Source of the DNA: an uncultured delta proteobacterium
GTDB lineage: Bacteria > Desulfobacterota > WTBG01 > CAIYCZ01 > CAIRTM01
Direction of reading: 5' to 3'
Length of the DNA: 64,000 nt
Assembly: GCA_903881505.1 (NCBI GenBank)
Contig: CAIRTM010000102.1
Span: 8,389 to 72,388, forward strand
Shown: positions 46,941-55,557 of the stretch, piece after piece
How the letters are laid out: every line of letters starts with the position of its first letter
Position numbering within the stretch: the stretch's first letter is position 1
The notes under the pieces: generated by a model
The model's database searches: none
Told to the model about the DNA's origin: nothing
The model's input: the letters and a program-made list of their open reading frames with translations, nothing else
Translations under genes and position numbers: made by a program

Positions 46941-48030
46941 ATGAGCCAGTGGGAAGAACAGATCAAGGCCCTGGAGAAAAGAATTGAATCCATTCGGGGT
47001 TATCTTTGACCTCGCTGAACGGCAAAAGCGCCTGCAGGAACTCGAACACATGCTTGCTGCGCCGGATTTCTGGAAGGACTCTCGACAGGCCCAGGCCGCG
47101 ACCCGCGAGCACAAGGCGGTTGAGGGGCTTGTGCAGCAATGGACCGCGCTTAACAGCGACCTGGAAGACTGCCACGTGCTGCTTGAGCTTTCGCACGAAA
47201 GCGGCGGCGATCCGTCTGTTGAGGCAGAGTTCGAGCGAATCATCGAAGGCCTGACCAGAAAAGTGAAGGCCCTTGAGTTTCAGAAGATGCTCGGAGGTGA
47301 AAACGACAGCAACAATGCCATCGTCAGCATCAATGCCGGCGCGGGCGGAACCGAGGCCCAGGACTGGGCCGGCATGCTGCTGCGCATGTATCTTCGCTGG
47401 GCTGAAAAGCGCGGTTTTTCCGCCGCGGTCATTGACGAGCTCGAGGGCGAAGAGGCGGGGCTGAAAAGCGCCACGTTCACGGTGAACGGTGATTACGCGT
47501 TCGGCTACCTCAAGGCCGAGGTCGGCATTCACCGGCTGGTTCGCATTTCTCCGTTTGATGCCGGAGCGCGGCGCCATACCTCGTTTGCCGCGGTATTCGT
47601 CTACCCCGACATTGAAGACATCATAGAAATCACCATTGAGGACAAGGACCTGCGGGTGGACACCTACCGCGCCAGCGGCGCCGGCGGGCAGCATGTCAAT
47701 AAAACCGATTCAGCCGTCCGCATCACCCATATCCCGAGCGGTATCGTGGTGCAGTGCCAGAATGAACGCTCACAGCACATGAACCGCGCCATGGCGATGA
47801 AGCTGTTGAAGGCCCGCCTGTATGAAATGGAAATGCAGGCGCGCGAAAAAGAACGCGAAAACATGCATGCATCCAAAAAACAGATCGCCTGGGGCAACCA
47901 GATCAGGTCCTACGTGCTGCAGCCGTACCGGCTTGTCAAAGACCACCGAACCGGGTTTGAGACCGGCAATGTCGATGCCGTTCTTGACGGCGGTCTTGAT
48001 GATTTTATCGAAGCGTTTCTGATGCAGTAG
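46941..48030 (+). CDS. prfB: peptide chain release factor 2, expressed via programmed +1 frameshift: join(46941..47006,47008..48030)
   Basis: Frame 0 gives MSQWEEQIKALEKRIESIRGYL, ending in the TGA at 47007. The +1 frame continues DLAERQKRLQELE... and carries the SPF, GGQHVNKTDSAVRITHIP and QCQNERSQHMN motifs. Confidence 0.93.
46995..47010 (+). promoter_or_regulatory. RF2 autoregulatory +1 frameshift site
   Basis: cGGGGt tat CTT TGA C: an internal SD-like GGGG sits 4 nt before the slippery CTT, followed by TGA in the weak TGA-C context. Confidence 0.9.
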
Positions 48031-48038
48031 CGCGGTCT

Positions 48039-48122
48039 GTTCGCCCTGAGCCTGTCGAAGGGCACAACGGATCAGGTCTCCCGCAGCAGACCCGTTCATG
48101 GTTCGACAGGCTCAGGGCGAAC
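48039..48122. repeat. 21-bp perfect inverted repeat with a 42-nt spacer (REP-like palindromic element or prfB terminator)
   Basis: GTTCGCCCTGAGCCTGTCGAA (48039-48059) is the exact reverse complement of TTCGACAGGCTCAGGGCGAAC (48102-48122). Confidence 0.85.
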
Positions 48123-48180
48123 GGGAAAGTAACCTGTTGTGAAAAGGCTGCGGGAAACTGGAAAGTGCCAAGGAGTGTCT

Positions 48181-48765
48181 ATGCAGTCAATAGCAAATTT
48201 TCTGTTTGAGGTCGGCATGCTGAAGCGCACGCCCCGCTCAGGCCTGCAGTTTCTGGGCAGCGGCCGGGAGTCGGTTGCCGAACATGCCTTCCGGGTTACC
48301 TGCATTGCCTATGTGCTGGCCCGCCTTGAGCCCGGCGTTGATGAAGCGCGCCTTATCAAGCTGTGCCTGCTGCATGATCTGCATGAGTCCCGCACCGGCG
48401 ACCTGAACTACATGAACAAAAAATACCTGCATGCGGATGAGGACCTCGCCGTTGAGCATATGACCCGTGAGCTGCCCTTCGGCGACGATATCCGGTCCGC
48501 TGTGAGGGAATTCAACGGCGCCGAGACGCGGGAAGCGGCCCTGGCAAACGATGCCGACCAGCTTGATTTGATCCTGCTGCTCAAGGAGCAGCAGGACCTG
48601 GGCAACAAATACGCGGCAGAGTGGATTGATTTTGCGCTTAAGCGGCTGAAAACCGGTTCAGCCCGTACGCTCGCGGAGCAGATTCTTAAAACCGACTGGA
48701 CACACTGGTGGTTTGAAGACAAAAGCGACTGGTGGGTTAATGGCGGCAATCCGCGCCTGAAGTAG
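48181..48765 (+). CDS. HD-domain phosphohydrolase (YfbR-like 5'-nucleotidase family)
   Basis: ESVAEHAFRV ... LLHDLHESRTGD ... DADQLD metal-ligand pattern. ATG 48181 lies 5 nt after AAGGAG. Confidence 0.7.
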   Translation: MQSIANFLFEVGMLKRTPRSGLQFLGSGRESVAEHAFRVTCIAYVLARLEPGVDEARLIKLCLLHDLHESRTGDLNYMNKKYLHADEDLAVEHMTRELPFGDDIRSAVREFNGAETREAALANDADQLDLILLLKEQQDLGNKYAAEWIDFALKRLKTGSARTLAEQILKTDWTHWWFEDKSDWWVNGGNPRLK

Positions 48766-48823
48766 CGCGGCATGCTCACATGCCGGGAGCCCTGCGCCTG
48801 CCGTGCAAGGGGCGCGAAGTGTT

Positions 48824-49534
48824 TCAGTCCTCTCCCAGCTGTTCCACCTCTTCCATGACTTCCGCCGGAATGTTGTCCCGCATGTCTTCGGGAAGCGCCT
48901 GCCGGTACATTTCAAGCACCTGTTCAGGATTAATGTTTTCCTCGTTTTCAAAATGCTCATCGAGGACTTTATCCAGCAGGTCCATATATTTTTCCTGACG
49001 TTCGTCTTCTGCTGCCTCCTGCCGGGCGGTTTTTTCAGCGCCCGGCTCAGGCTCTGCTTTGGCTTGAGGCTGGGGCTGCGCCGGCTTTTTGGGGTCGGGT
49101 TTAATTGCAGGAACAGCCGGCGATGCGGCCGGTGTAAGTTCACGCTCTCCGCCGCCCTTGCCGACCAGCAGGATTTCAACTATCCGTCTGCTCGGGCCGG
49201 TTCCCGCAAAATTCAACATGTGGTTGGGTATTTTCAGCGTGCGTAAAACCCGGTCAATGCCGGCGCGCACCGGCATGCTCTCGAATTGAAGGCTGAAAAC
49301 ATCGTCATTAAAGAGCTCTCCGCGCACTACCATCCGAATTCCGCACGATGTGCCGACGGCCTTGATCAGTTCCTCGGCCTTCATGTCCGCGGCATTGACG
49401 GAAATTGTGGACGCGTCGCACACGACTGTCTCGGCGCGGGCGCTTGATATGGAAAGCAGCAGGCAGGCCCATACCAGGCAAAGGGCGGCCGCGGTTGCAC
49501 GGCTGCGGGCACGATCCGTTGTAGCGGCAGGCAT
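48824..49534 (-). CDS. exported hypothetical protein: STN-like N-domain, Pro/Lys/Ala linker and a strongly acidic C-terminal tail
   Basis: Signal peptide ending SSARA-ET. ISVNAADMKAEELIKAVGTSCGIRMVVRGEL...FESMPVRAGIDRVLRTL resembles secretin/TonB short N-terminal domains. The tail is Glu/Asp-rich. Confidence 0.4.
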   Translation of the reverse strand: MPAATTDRARSRATAAALCLVWACLLLSISSARAETVVCDASTISVNAADMKAEELIKAVGTSCGIRMVVRGELFNDDVFSLQFESMPVRAGIDRVLRTLKIPNHMLNFAGTGPSRRIVEILLVGKGGGERELTPAASPAVPAIKPDPKKPAQPQPQAKAEPEPGAEKTARQEAAEDERQEKYMDLLDKVLDEHFENEENINPEQVLEMYRQALPEDMRDNIPAEVMEEVEQLGED

Positions 49535-49567
49535 AGTGGTTTCCCCCGTCTGCGTAAAGGCCGCGTA

Positions 49568-50467
49568 TCAGGCTTTTCTTTTTCCGTCACGGTCGTATTC
49601 ATAAAAACCGCGCCCGGTTTTGCGGCCCAGATGCCCGACCTCGACCAGGCTCATAAGGAGCGGGCAGGGCCGGTATTTTGAATCCTGAAAGCCGTTGTAC
49701 AGAGACTGCTGCATGGCCAGCACCACGTCAAGCCCGATGAAATCGGCCAGCTCAAGCGGACCCATGGGGTGGTTCATGCCCAGTTTCATGGCCGTGTCAA
49801 TTTCCTCTTTGCTTGAAACGCCTTCATACAGGCAGAAAATAGCTTCGTTGATCAGCGTCTGGATCAGGCGGCTGGTCGCGAAACAGGGCGTATCCGACAC
49901 CGTAATGGGGGTCTTGCCCATTTGCAGCGCCAGTTCCTTGACCACCGCGTAACTTGCCTCGGAGGTTGCCGGGGTCTTGATGATCTCAAGAAGCTTCATC
50001 TTCTGGGCCGGATACATAAAATGCATGCCCAGCACTTTGTCCGGACGGTTGGTGGCGGTTGCCAGTTTGCCGAGCCGCACGGAGCTGGTGTTTGTCGTCA
50101 AAATGACATGCGGCGCGCAGATTTTATCAAGATTGGAAAAAATATCGGTCTTTACCGCGCTGCTTTCCACGGCCGCTTCTATAACAAAATCAGCCTGCGA
50201 GAGTTTTGCAAGGTCTTTCTCATACCGGACGCGGCCGATGATGGCGTCTTTTTCCTTGTTCTTGATTTTACCGAGCTCAACCGCGCGGCTCATGTTGCGC
50301 TCAATGTCGCTCTGGGCTTTTTTCAGCATGGCATCATAGGGCTCAACCACGATGGTGTCATAGCCGGTCTGCGCGGCTACCTGGGCGATGCCGCGGCCCA
50401 TCTGGCCGGCGCCGATCACACCGATGGTTTTAATATTTTTGAGCTCCGGTCTGGCGGTTTTCTTCAT
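49568..50467 (-). CDS. hbd: 3-hydroxybutyryl-CoA / 3-hydroxyacyl-CoA dehydrogenase
   Basis: IGVIGAGQMGRGIA NAD motif, plus the GMHFMYPA and GPLELADFIGLDV blocks. Confidence 0.88.
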   Translation of the reverse strand: MKKTARPELKNIKTIGVIGAGQMGRGIAQVAAQTGYDTIVVEPYDAMLKKAQSDIERNMSRAVELGKIKNKEKDAIIGRVRYEKDLAKLSQADFVIEAAVESSAVKTDIFSNLDKICAPHVILTTNTSSVRLGKLATATNRPDKVLGMHFMYPAQKMKLLEIIKTPATSEASYAVVKELALQMGKTPITVSDTPCFATSRLIQTLINEAIFCLYEGVSSKEEIDTAMKLGMNHPMGPLELADFIGLDVVLAMQQSLYNGFQDSKYRPCPLLMSLVEVGHLGRKTGRGFYEYDRDGKRKA

Positions 50468-50680
50468 TGAAACATCCTCACGATAAAAAAATTAATCCTT
50501 TACGCAGCATGCGGCTGCTTGACCAGTCTGCAGAAGCGATACATTGAGCGGTTAAAGGTAGTATATTACGCGTTTATCTGTCAATTAAAATTTAAGTAAA
50601 AACAATACCATCGGCATGAACGGCACGACCAAGAGGCGGGCCTGGCGCGCTGAAGGATGAAGTTTGTCTGTCAGGGGCTG

Positions 50681-51268
50681 TCAAGAGTGCAGAGCTGGCA
50701 CCGTGTTTTGGCCGGAGTCGAAAAACTCAAAAACCGTTCGGCCGTAGCTGCGCGTGCGCACGCGGCACAGGGGCGGCACTGGTTGTGTGGAGGGCTCGCG
50801 TTTGTCGCGCTGAACGATGATTATTCCGCTGGCATTGATCAGGCCGGCCGGAGCCAGGGCGTTCACGGCCTGCTGCTGCAGGCCCTCGCCATAGGGCGGG
50901 GCTACAACTATGATATCAAAGCTGGCCCCGCGCTCCTTCAGGCGCTCTATCATGCGCAGGGCATCGCCGCAGTGCACCTGCACCCGCTCCTGCAGGACGA
51001 GGCGTTCGGCATTGCCGCGCACGAGCGCTGCCGCAGCCGGGTCCAGCTCCACGATGTCCGCATGCTTTGCGCCGTTTGACAGCAGTTCAAAGGCAATTGC
51101 GCCGGAGCCGCCGAACAAATCCAGCACAGCGGCGCCCGGCAGCCGCGGCCGCAGAATGTCGGCCAGGGTTTTTCGCAAGCGCGAGAGCAGCGGCCGGGTC
51201 GTCTCTTCTCCCGGTGTTTGAATGCCGCGGCCGCGCAGATCCCCGGATATAATTTGAATTTTCCCCAT
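50681..51268 (-). CDS. rsmD: 16S rRNA (guanine966-N2)-methyltransferase RsmD
   Basis: IISGDLRGRGIQTP, RPLLSRLRKTLADIL, VLDLFGGSGAIAFELLSNGA (SAM loop) and VVAPPYG motifs. The start is moved to ATG 51268. Confidence 0.8.
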   Translation of the reverse strand: MGKIQIISGDLRGRGIQTPGEETTRPLLSRLRKTLADILRPRLPGAAVLDLFGGSGAIAFELLSNGAKHADIVELDPAAAALVRGNAERLVLQERVQVHCGDALRMIERLKERGASFDIIVVAPPYGEGLQQQAVNALAPAGLINASGIIIVQRDKREPSTQPVPPLCRVRTRSYGRTVFEFFDSGQNTVPALHS

Positions 51269-51518
51269 TTTCCCCAGCCCGTGGAAACATGCGCGCTGTT
51301 TTGCTGTGTCTTCATATATGCCATTGGCTGTTGCCAGCGCAAGGGAAAAATCGGAAATCGGGCATAAACGGCTGTTTACACTCCGGGCGGCTCTCTGCCG
51401 CGGCAGACCCCGATTTGACATTTCGGCTGGTATTTATTATACTTGCGCCTTTCGTGCGGTGTGCGCAAAGGCCCGGTACTCACCGGGCAGGTACGATATT
51501 TTTAAAAAGGCACTCACT

Positions 51519-51884
51519 ATGAGTAATCAATCGACGCTTAAAGATATTAAAATCAACACCGGCAATCTCTATCGCGAAGAGTCAATCACGGACCTGCAGG
51601 CCGGCACGATCAAGCAGATGATACCCGTTAGTGTTGACGGTTCGCGCGATCTGGCCCGGACGATCATATTTATCGGCGTTACCCAGATCATGTCCGCCGG
51701 CGGGCCGCTGCCCATTCAGTGCGAACTGCCCGGCAGTACGCTTGCCGAGGCCATTGCGGCGTTCCCGGCGGAAATCAACAAGGCCGTCGACCAGCTCATC
51801 GAGGAGGCCCGCCGCCTGCAGCGCGAAGCAGCCACGCGCATTGTCGTGCCGGGCCAGCAGAAAATCGGCAAGATCATTACCTGA
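51519..51884 (+). CDS. hypothetical 121-aa cytoplasmic protein
   Basis: The ORF from ATG 51519 (MSNQSTLKDIKINTG...) has coding-like composition and a C-terminal amphipathic helix (AEINKAVDQLIEEARRLQREAA). I recognise no family. Confidence 0.45.
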   Translation: MSNQSTLKDIKINTGNLYREESITDLQAGTIKQMIPVSVDGSRDLARTIIFIGVTQIMSAGGPLPIQCELPGSTLAEAIAAFPAEINKAVDQLIEEARRLQREAATRIVVPGQQKIGKIIT

Positions 51885-52043
51885 CCGGGCGTACCGACCC
51901 CGCCTTTTCAGCATATCCGAGACCCCCTGACGCTTCGAGTTCCCTGCCCGGATCACGACCGCTGAACGGAGTGTATCTTTTGTGCGATGCAGAATTGACC
52001 GGCGGAGGCGCATATATATGAGCCTCACAACGATGGATACTAT

Positions 52044-53828
52044 ATGAAGCAGAAGAAAATAAGAAACGTCGCCATTATCGCGCATGTCGACCACGGCAAG
52101 ACAACGCTGGTCGACGAGCTGTTCCGCTGCAGCGGCATGTTCCGCGCCAATCAGCGGGTCGCCGAGCGCCTGATGGACTCGATGGATCTTGAGCGCGAGC
52201 GCGGCATAACGATCGCCGCCAAAAACGGGTCGTTTGTATATGAGGGATTCCGGATCAACATTATCGATACGCCCGGGCATGCCGATTTCGGCGGACAGGT
52301 CGAGCGGGTGCTCAGGATGGCCGACGGGGTCCTGCTGCTGGTGGACGCACAGGAAGGGCCCATGCCGCAGACGTATTTCGTTCTCAAAAAAGCGCTGTCG
52401 CTCAGGCTGCCGGTCATCGTGGTTATCAACAAGATCGACAAGCCGGCCGCGCGTCCCGACTGGGCGGTTGACCAGGTCTTTGACCTGTTCGTCAAGCTGA
52501 ACGCTCCTGAAGACCTGCTTGATTTCCCGGTTGTGTATGCTTCGGCGCGCGACGGCTACTCCCTTGACAGCCTGCAGGACGAGCCTGTTTCAATGGAGCC
52601 GCTGTGCCGCAAAATAATAACGCATCTGCCCTCGCCGCAGGGCGACCCGGCTGAGCCGCTGCAGCTGCAGGTGAGCTCCATTGACTACTCACCGTATCTG
52701 GGCCGTCTCGGCATCGGCAAAATAACCTCCGGCACGCTCAATATCAACCGCGAAACCGCCGTGGTGCTGCGCGACGGCCGCATGGTTCCGGCGCGCATAT
52801 CAAAAGTCTACCGTTTTGAATCAAACGAAAAAGTCGCGGTTGAATCGGCCGGCGCGGGCGACATTGTCGCCGTTGCGGGCCTGCAGGAGGTAACCGTGGG
52901 CGTGACGTTTACCGACCCCGATAATCCCCTGCCCCTGCCGCCGATTGAAATCGATCCGCCGACCATTTCCATGAATTTCATTCCCAATGATTCGCCGTTT
53001 GCCGGCCGCGAGGGCACCTACGTGACATCGCGCCATCTGGAAGAGCGCCTGCAGCGGGAAATGCTGGCTGATGTGGCCCTGGTCGTGGAGCCCCTGCAGG
53101 AGCGGACCGGCTACAAAGTGTCCGGCCGCGGCGAGCTGCACATATCGATTCTCATCGAGCGCATGCGCCGCGAGGGCTATGAATTCCAGGTAACCCGTCC
53201 GCAGGTCATCATGCAGCGCGCGGAAGGCGGCGAGCTTCTGGAACCCTATGAGGAGCTTACCGTTGATGTGGATGAGCAGTACATGGGCGCGGTTATTGAA
53301 AACCTGGGCGGCCGCAGGGGCCGGGTGCATGAAATGCAGCAAAACAGCGGCATGACGCGCATTGTGTATACGATCCCTACGCGCGGGCTGCTGGGGTTCC
53401 GCTCCGAGTTCATGACCCTGACCAAGGGCATGGGCATTATGAACTATATCTTTTCGAGTTACGGGCCCTATGCCGGCGATATCGTTCACCGCCGCAGCGG
53501 CGCCCTTGTGGTAAAAGACCCCTGCACAACCGTGGCCTATGCCCTGTTCAACCTGCAGGAGCGCGGCAGGCTTTTTTGCGGACCCGGGGCCGCGGTGTAT
53601 GCGGGCCAGGTTATCGGCGAGCACTGCCGCGAGGGCGACCTGGTGGTAAATCCGGCCAAGGGGAAAAAGCTGACCAATATCCGCGCCGCCGGATCGGATG
53701 AAAATGTCGTGCTGACCCCACCGCTTGAAATGAGCCTTGAAGACTGTATCGCCTACATCAACGACGATGAGCTGGTGGAGGTCACGCCAAAGGCAATCAG
53801 GCTGCGCAAGATGAAGCAGCGCGCCTGA
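52044..53828 (+). CDS. typA: translational GTPase TypA/BipA
   Basis: [31 protein letters not shown] and VINKID G-motifs, in a 594-aa EF-G-like architecture. Confidence 0.93.
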   Translation: MKQKKIRNVAIIAHVDHGKTTLVDELFRCSGMFRANQRVAERLMDSMDLERERGITIAAKNGSFVYEGFRINIIDTPGHADFGGQVERVLRMADGVLLLVDAQEGPMPQTYFVLKKALSLRLPVIVVINKIDKPAARPDWAVDQVFDLFVKLNAPEDLLDFPVVYASARDGYSLDSLQDEPVSMEPLCRKIITHLPSPQGDPAEPLQLQVSSIDYSPYLGRLGIGKITSGTLNINRETAVVLRDGRMVPARISKVYRFESNEKVAVESAGAGDIVAVAGLQEVTVGVTFTDPDNPLPLPPIEIDPPTISMNFIPNDSPFAGREGTYVTSRHLEERLQREMLADVALVVEPLQERTGYKVSGRGELHISILIERMRREGYEFQVTRPQVIMQRAEGGELLEPYEELTVDVDEQYMGAVIENLGGRRGRVHEMQQNSGMTRIVYTIPTRGLLGFRSEFMTLTKGMGIMNYIFSSYGPYAGDIVHRRSGALVVKDPCTTVAYALFNLQERGRLFCGPGAAVYAGQVIGEHCREGDLVVNPAKGKKLTNIRAAGSDENVVLTPPLEMSLEDCIAYINDDELVEVTPKAIRLRKMKQRA

Positions 53829-53877
53829 CACCCGCCCCGCCTGTGGTGCCGCCCGGTACCGCGGCAGCCGCCATGCG

Positions 53878-55293
53878 TTAAAAAATACCCGATTCAGCCT
53901 CGACAACATCCACAGCCGGGTTGTGCTCAATGACGCGCATGCTCTTCCAGCGGCCCCGGCGGTAGCGCAGAAAAAAAACACAGCCGATGACAACGATATA
54001 CGCGGTTGCGAAAAACCAGGCCGTGTACAGGCCGCGGTTGAATATCTCTACGGCAAGATACACCGGGATAACCAGGAGGAAAATTGAACACATCAGCACG
54101 GCCCGGGTTACAAAGCGCGTGTCGCCGGCCCCCTTGATGGTTGCGCTGTAGATGATGGCAACCATGTCAAACAGGCTGTAGACGGCAATAAACGTCATAA
54201 CCGGGCGGCCCATCGCGATAACCGCGTCAAAATCACCGGGGCGCATATCCTGCGGCCTGAAGAGGCCGAACAGGAACTCGGGAAGCCCCAGGTAGACCGC
54301 CAGCATCAGCAGCATGTACAGTGAGCAGATATGCAGGGCCGAGCGGGTTACCGCAACGGCATCATCGGGCCGGCCGGCGCCGATTGACTGCCCAACCAGC
54401 GCTGAGGTGCCGATGCCGAACCCGATCATGGGCAAGAAGCCGAGCGAGTTGATCGCAAAGGCGATGTTTGAAGCCGCAAGCTCGCAGGTGCCGATGCGAC
54501 CGATCATGAAAAGAAAAAGGGTGAAGGCGAAGATGTCGGTAAAAAAAGAGATGCCGGCCGGAACCCCGTAGGCGAGAAGCCGTTTGAATACGGCCGGGTT
54601 GAAAGCACGCTTGCGCCAGACACCAAAGCGGTGGTTATTGACCGGCCTGAATATCAGCGCAATGTAGAGCAGCATGATAAGCGCATGGGAGGCGACCGTT
54701 GCCCAGGCCGCGCCGGCAATGCCCATTTCCGGGAATCCGCAATAGCCGTTAATGAGAATATAGTCGAGCGGGATGTTGACCGCCGCCCCGATCAGGCTGA
54801 TGATCATGACCGGTACGGTCAGGCCCCGGCCGGAGTAGAAGCATGACAGCGTGTCATGCAGCACATTGAAGACCGCACACAGCATCAGTACCCGGAAATA
54901 GATTGTTTCGAGGCGCTGGATTTCAGGGGGGTGGCCGCCCAGGCGGAAAAGAGCTTCGCCAAAAAAAGATAATACGGCCAGCAGCGCGCCGGCCAGCAGG
55001 GAAAAATAGATTCCCTGCCAGAGGCTTGCACCCACCCGGCCATGCGCGCCGGACCCGGTATACTGGGCCACAAAAGTGTTGGTGTATGCGGCAACACCCA
55101 GAAAGAAACTCATCAGGGTGAAGGCCGTGAGTCCGGCAGGGGTTGAGGCGGCCAGCGCGTCGGTTGAATACCAGCCAAGGAACAGCCGGTCGGTAAACAG
55201 CATCAGCGTAGTGGAGGCCATGCTTGCCACCAGCGGCAGGCTGACCTTTAAAACGGCCTTATAGCCGCAGGGGGCATTCCAGTTTTTTAACAC
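53878..55293 (-). CDS. MATE-family efflux transporter
   Basis: 471 aa and 12 TM helices, with internally duplicated 6-TM halves and MATE-like loops (LPLVASM...FLGWYSTDALAA). GTG start. Confidence 0.8.
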   Translation of the reverse strand: MLKNWNAPCGYKAVLKVSLPLVASMASTTLMLFTDRLFLGWYSTDALAASTPAGLTAFTLMSFFLGVAAYTNTFVAQYTGSGAHGRVGASLWQGIYFSLLAGALLAVLSFFGEALFRLGGHPPEIQRLETIYFRVLMLCAVFNVLHDTLSCFYSGRGLTVPVMIISLIGAAVNIPLDYILINGYCGFPEMGIAGAAWATVASHALIMLLYIALIFRPVNNHRFGVWRKRAFNPAVFKRLLAYGVPAGISFFTDIFAFTLFLFMIGRIGTCELAASNIAFAINSLGFLPMIGFGIGTSALVGQSIGAGRPDDAVAVTRSALHICSLYMLLMLAVYLGLPEFLFGLFRPQDMRPGDFDAVIAMGRPVMTFIAVYSLFDMVAIIYSATIKGAGDTRFVTRAVLMCSIFLLVIPVYLAVEIFNRGLYTAWFFATAYIVVIGCVFFLRYRRGRWKSMRVIEHNPAVDVVEAESGIF

Positions 55294-55452
55294 GCGCGTA
55301 CGCTTTCAGCTCAATCACGATATTGCAGAATGTATACCATAAAAAACACAAAAGCGCATGCGGAGAAGACATGGGGCGGTTTGCTCCGGAGGGGGCCTGT
55401 CCGTTGATCAGGCGGTATGGTTATTTCAGGAAAAGCAGGAAAAATGCAGGGT

Positions 55453-55557
55453 CTACTCAAGCTTGTTTTTGCCGAAAATCCTTACAAAACAAAAGATGAC
55501 CAGCCCCAGGATCAGCGCCCAGCTTGCAAGCATCAAGACCCAGCCAAAAGATGTCAT
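55453..55557 (-). CDS. 34-aa single-TM micro-protein, MetS-like small subunit of an NSS importer
   Basis: MTSFGWVLMLASWALILGLVIFCFVRIFGKNKLE. Its ATG overlaps the stop of the NSS gene (ATGA at 55554-55557). Confidence 0.5.
   Translation of the reverse strand: MTSFGWVLMLASWALILGLVIFCFVRIFGKNKLE

Noticed and set aside
53829-53877. GCCGC-ccggtac-GCGGC hairpin between the convergent typA and MATE genes, as a possible bidirectional terminator.
   Set aside because: The stem is only 5 bp and there are no flanking U/A tracts. This is insufficient evidence.
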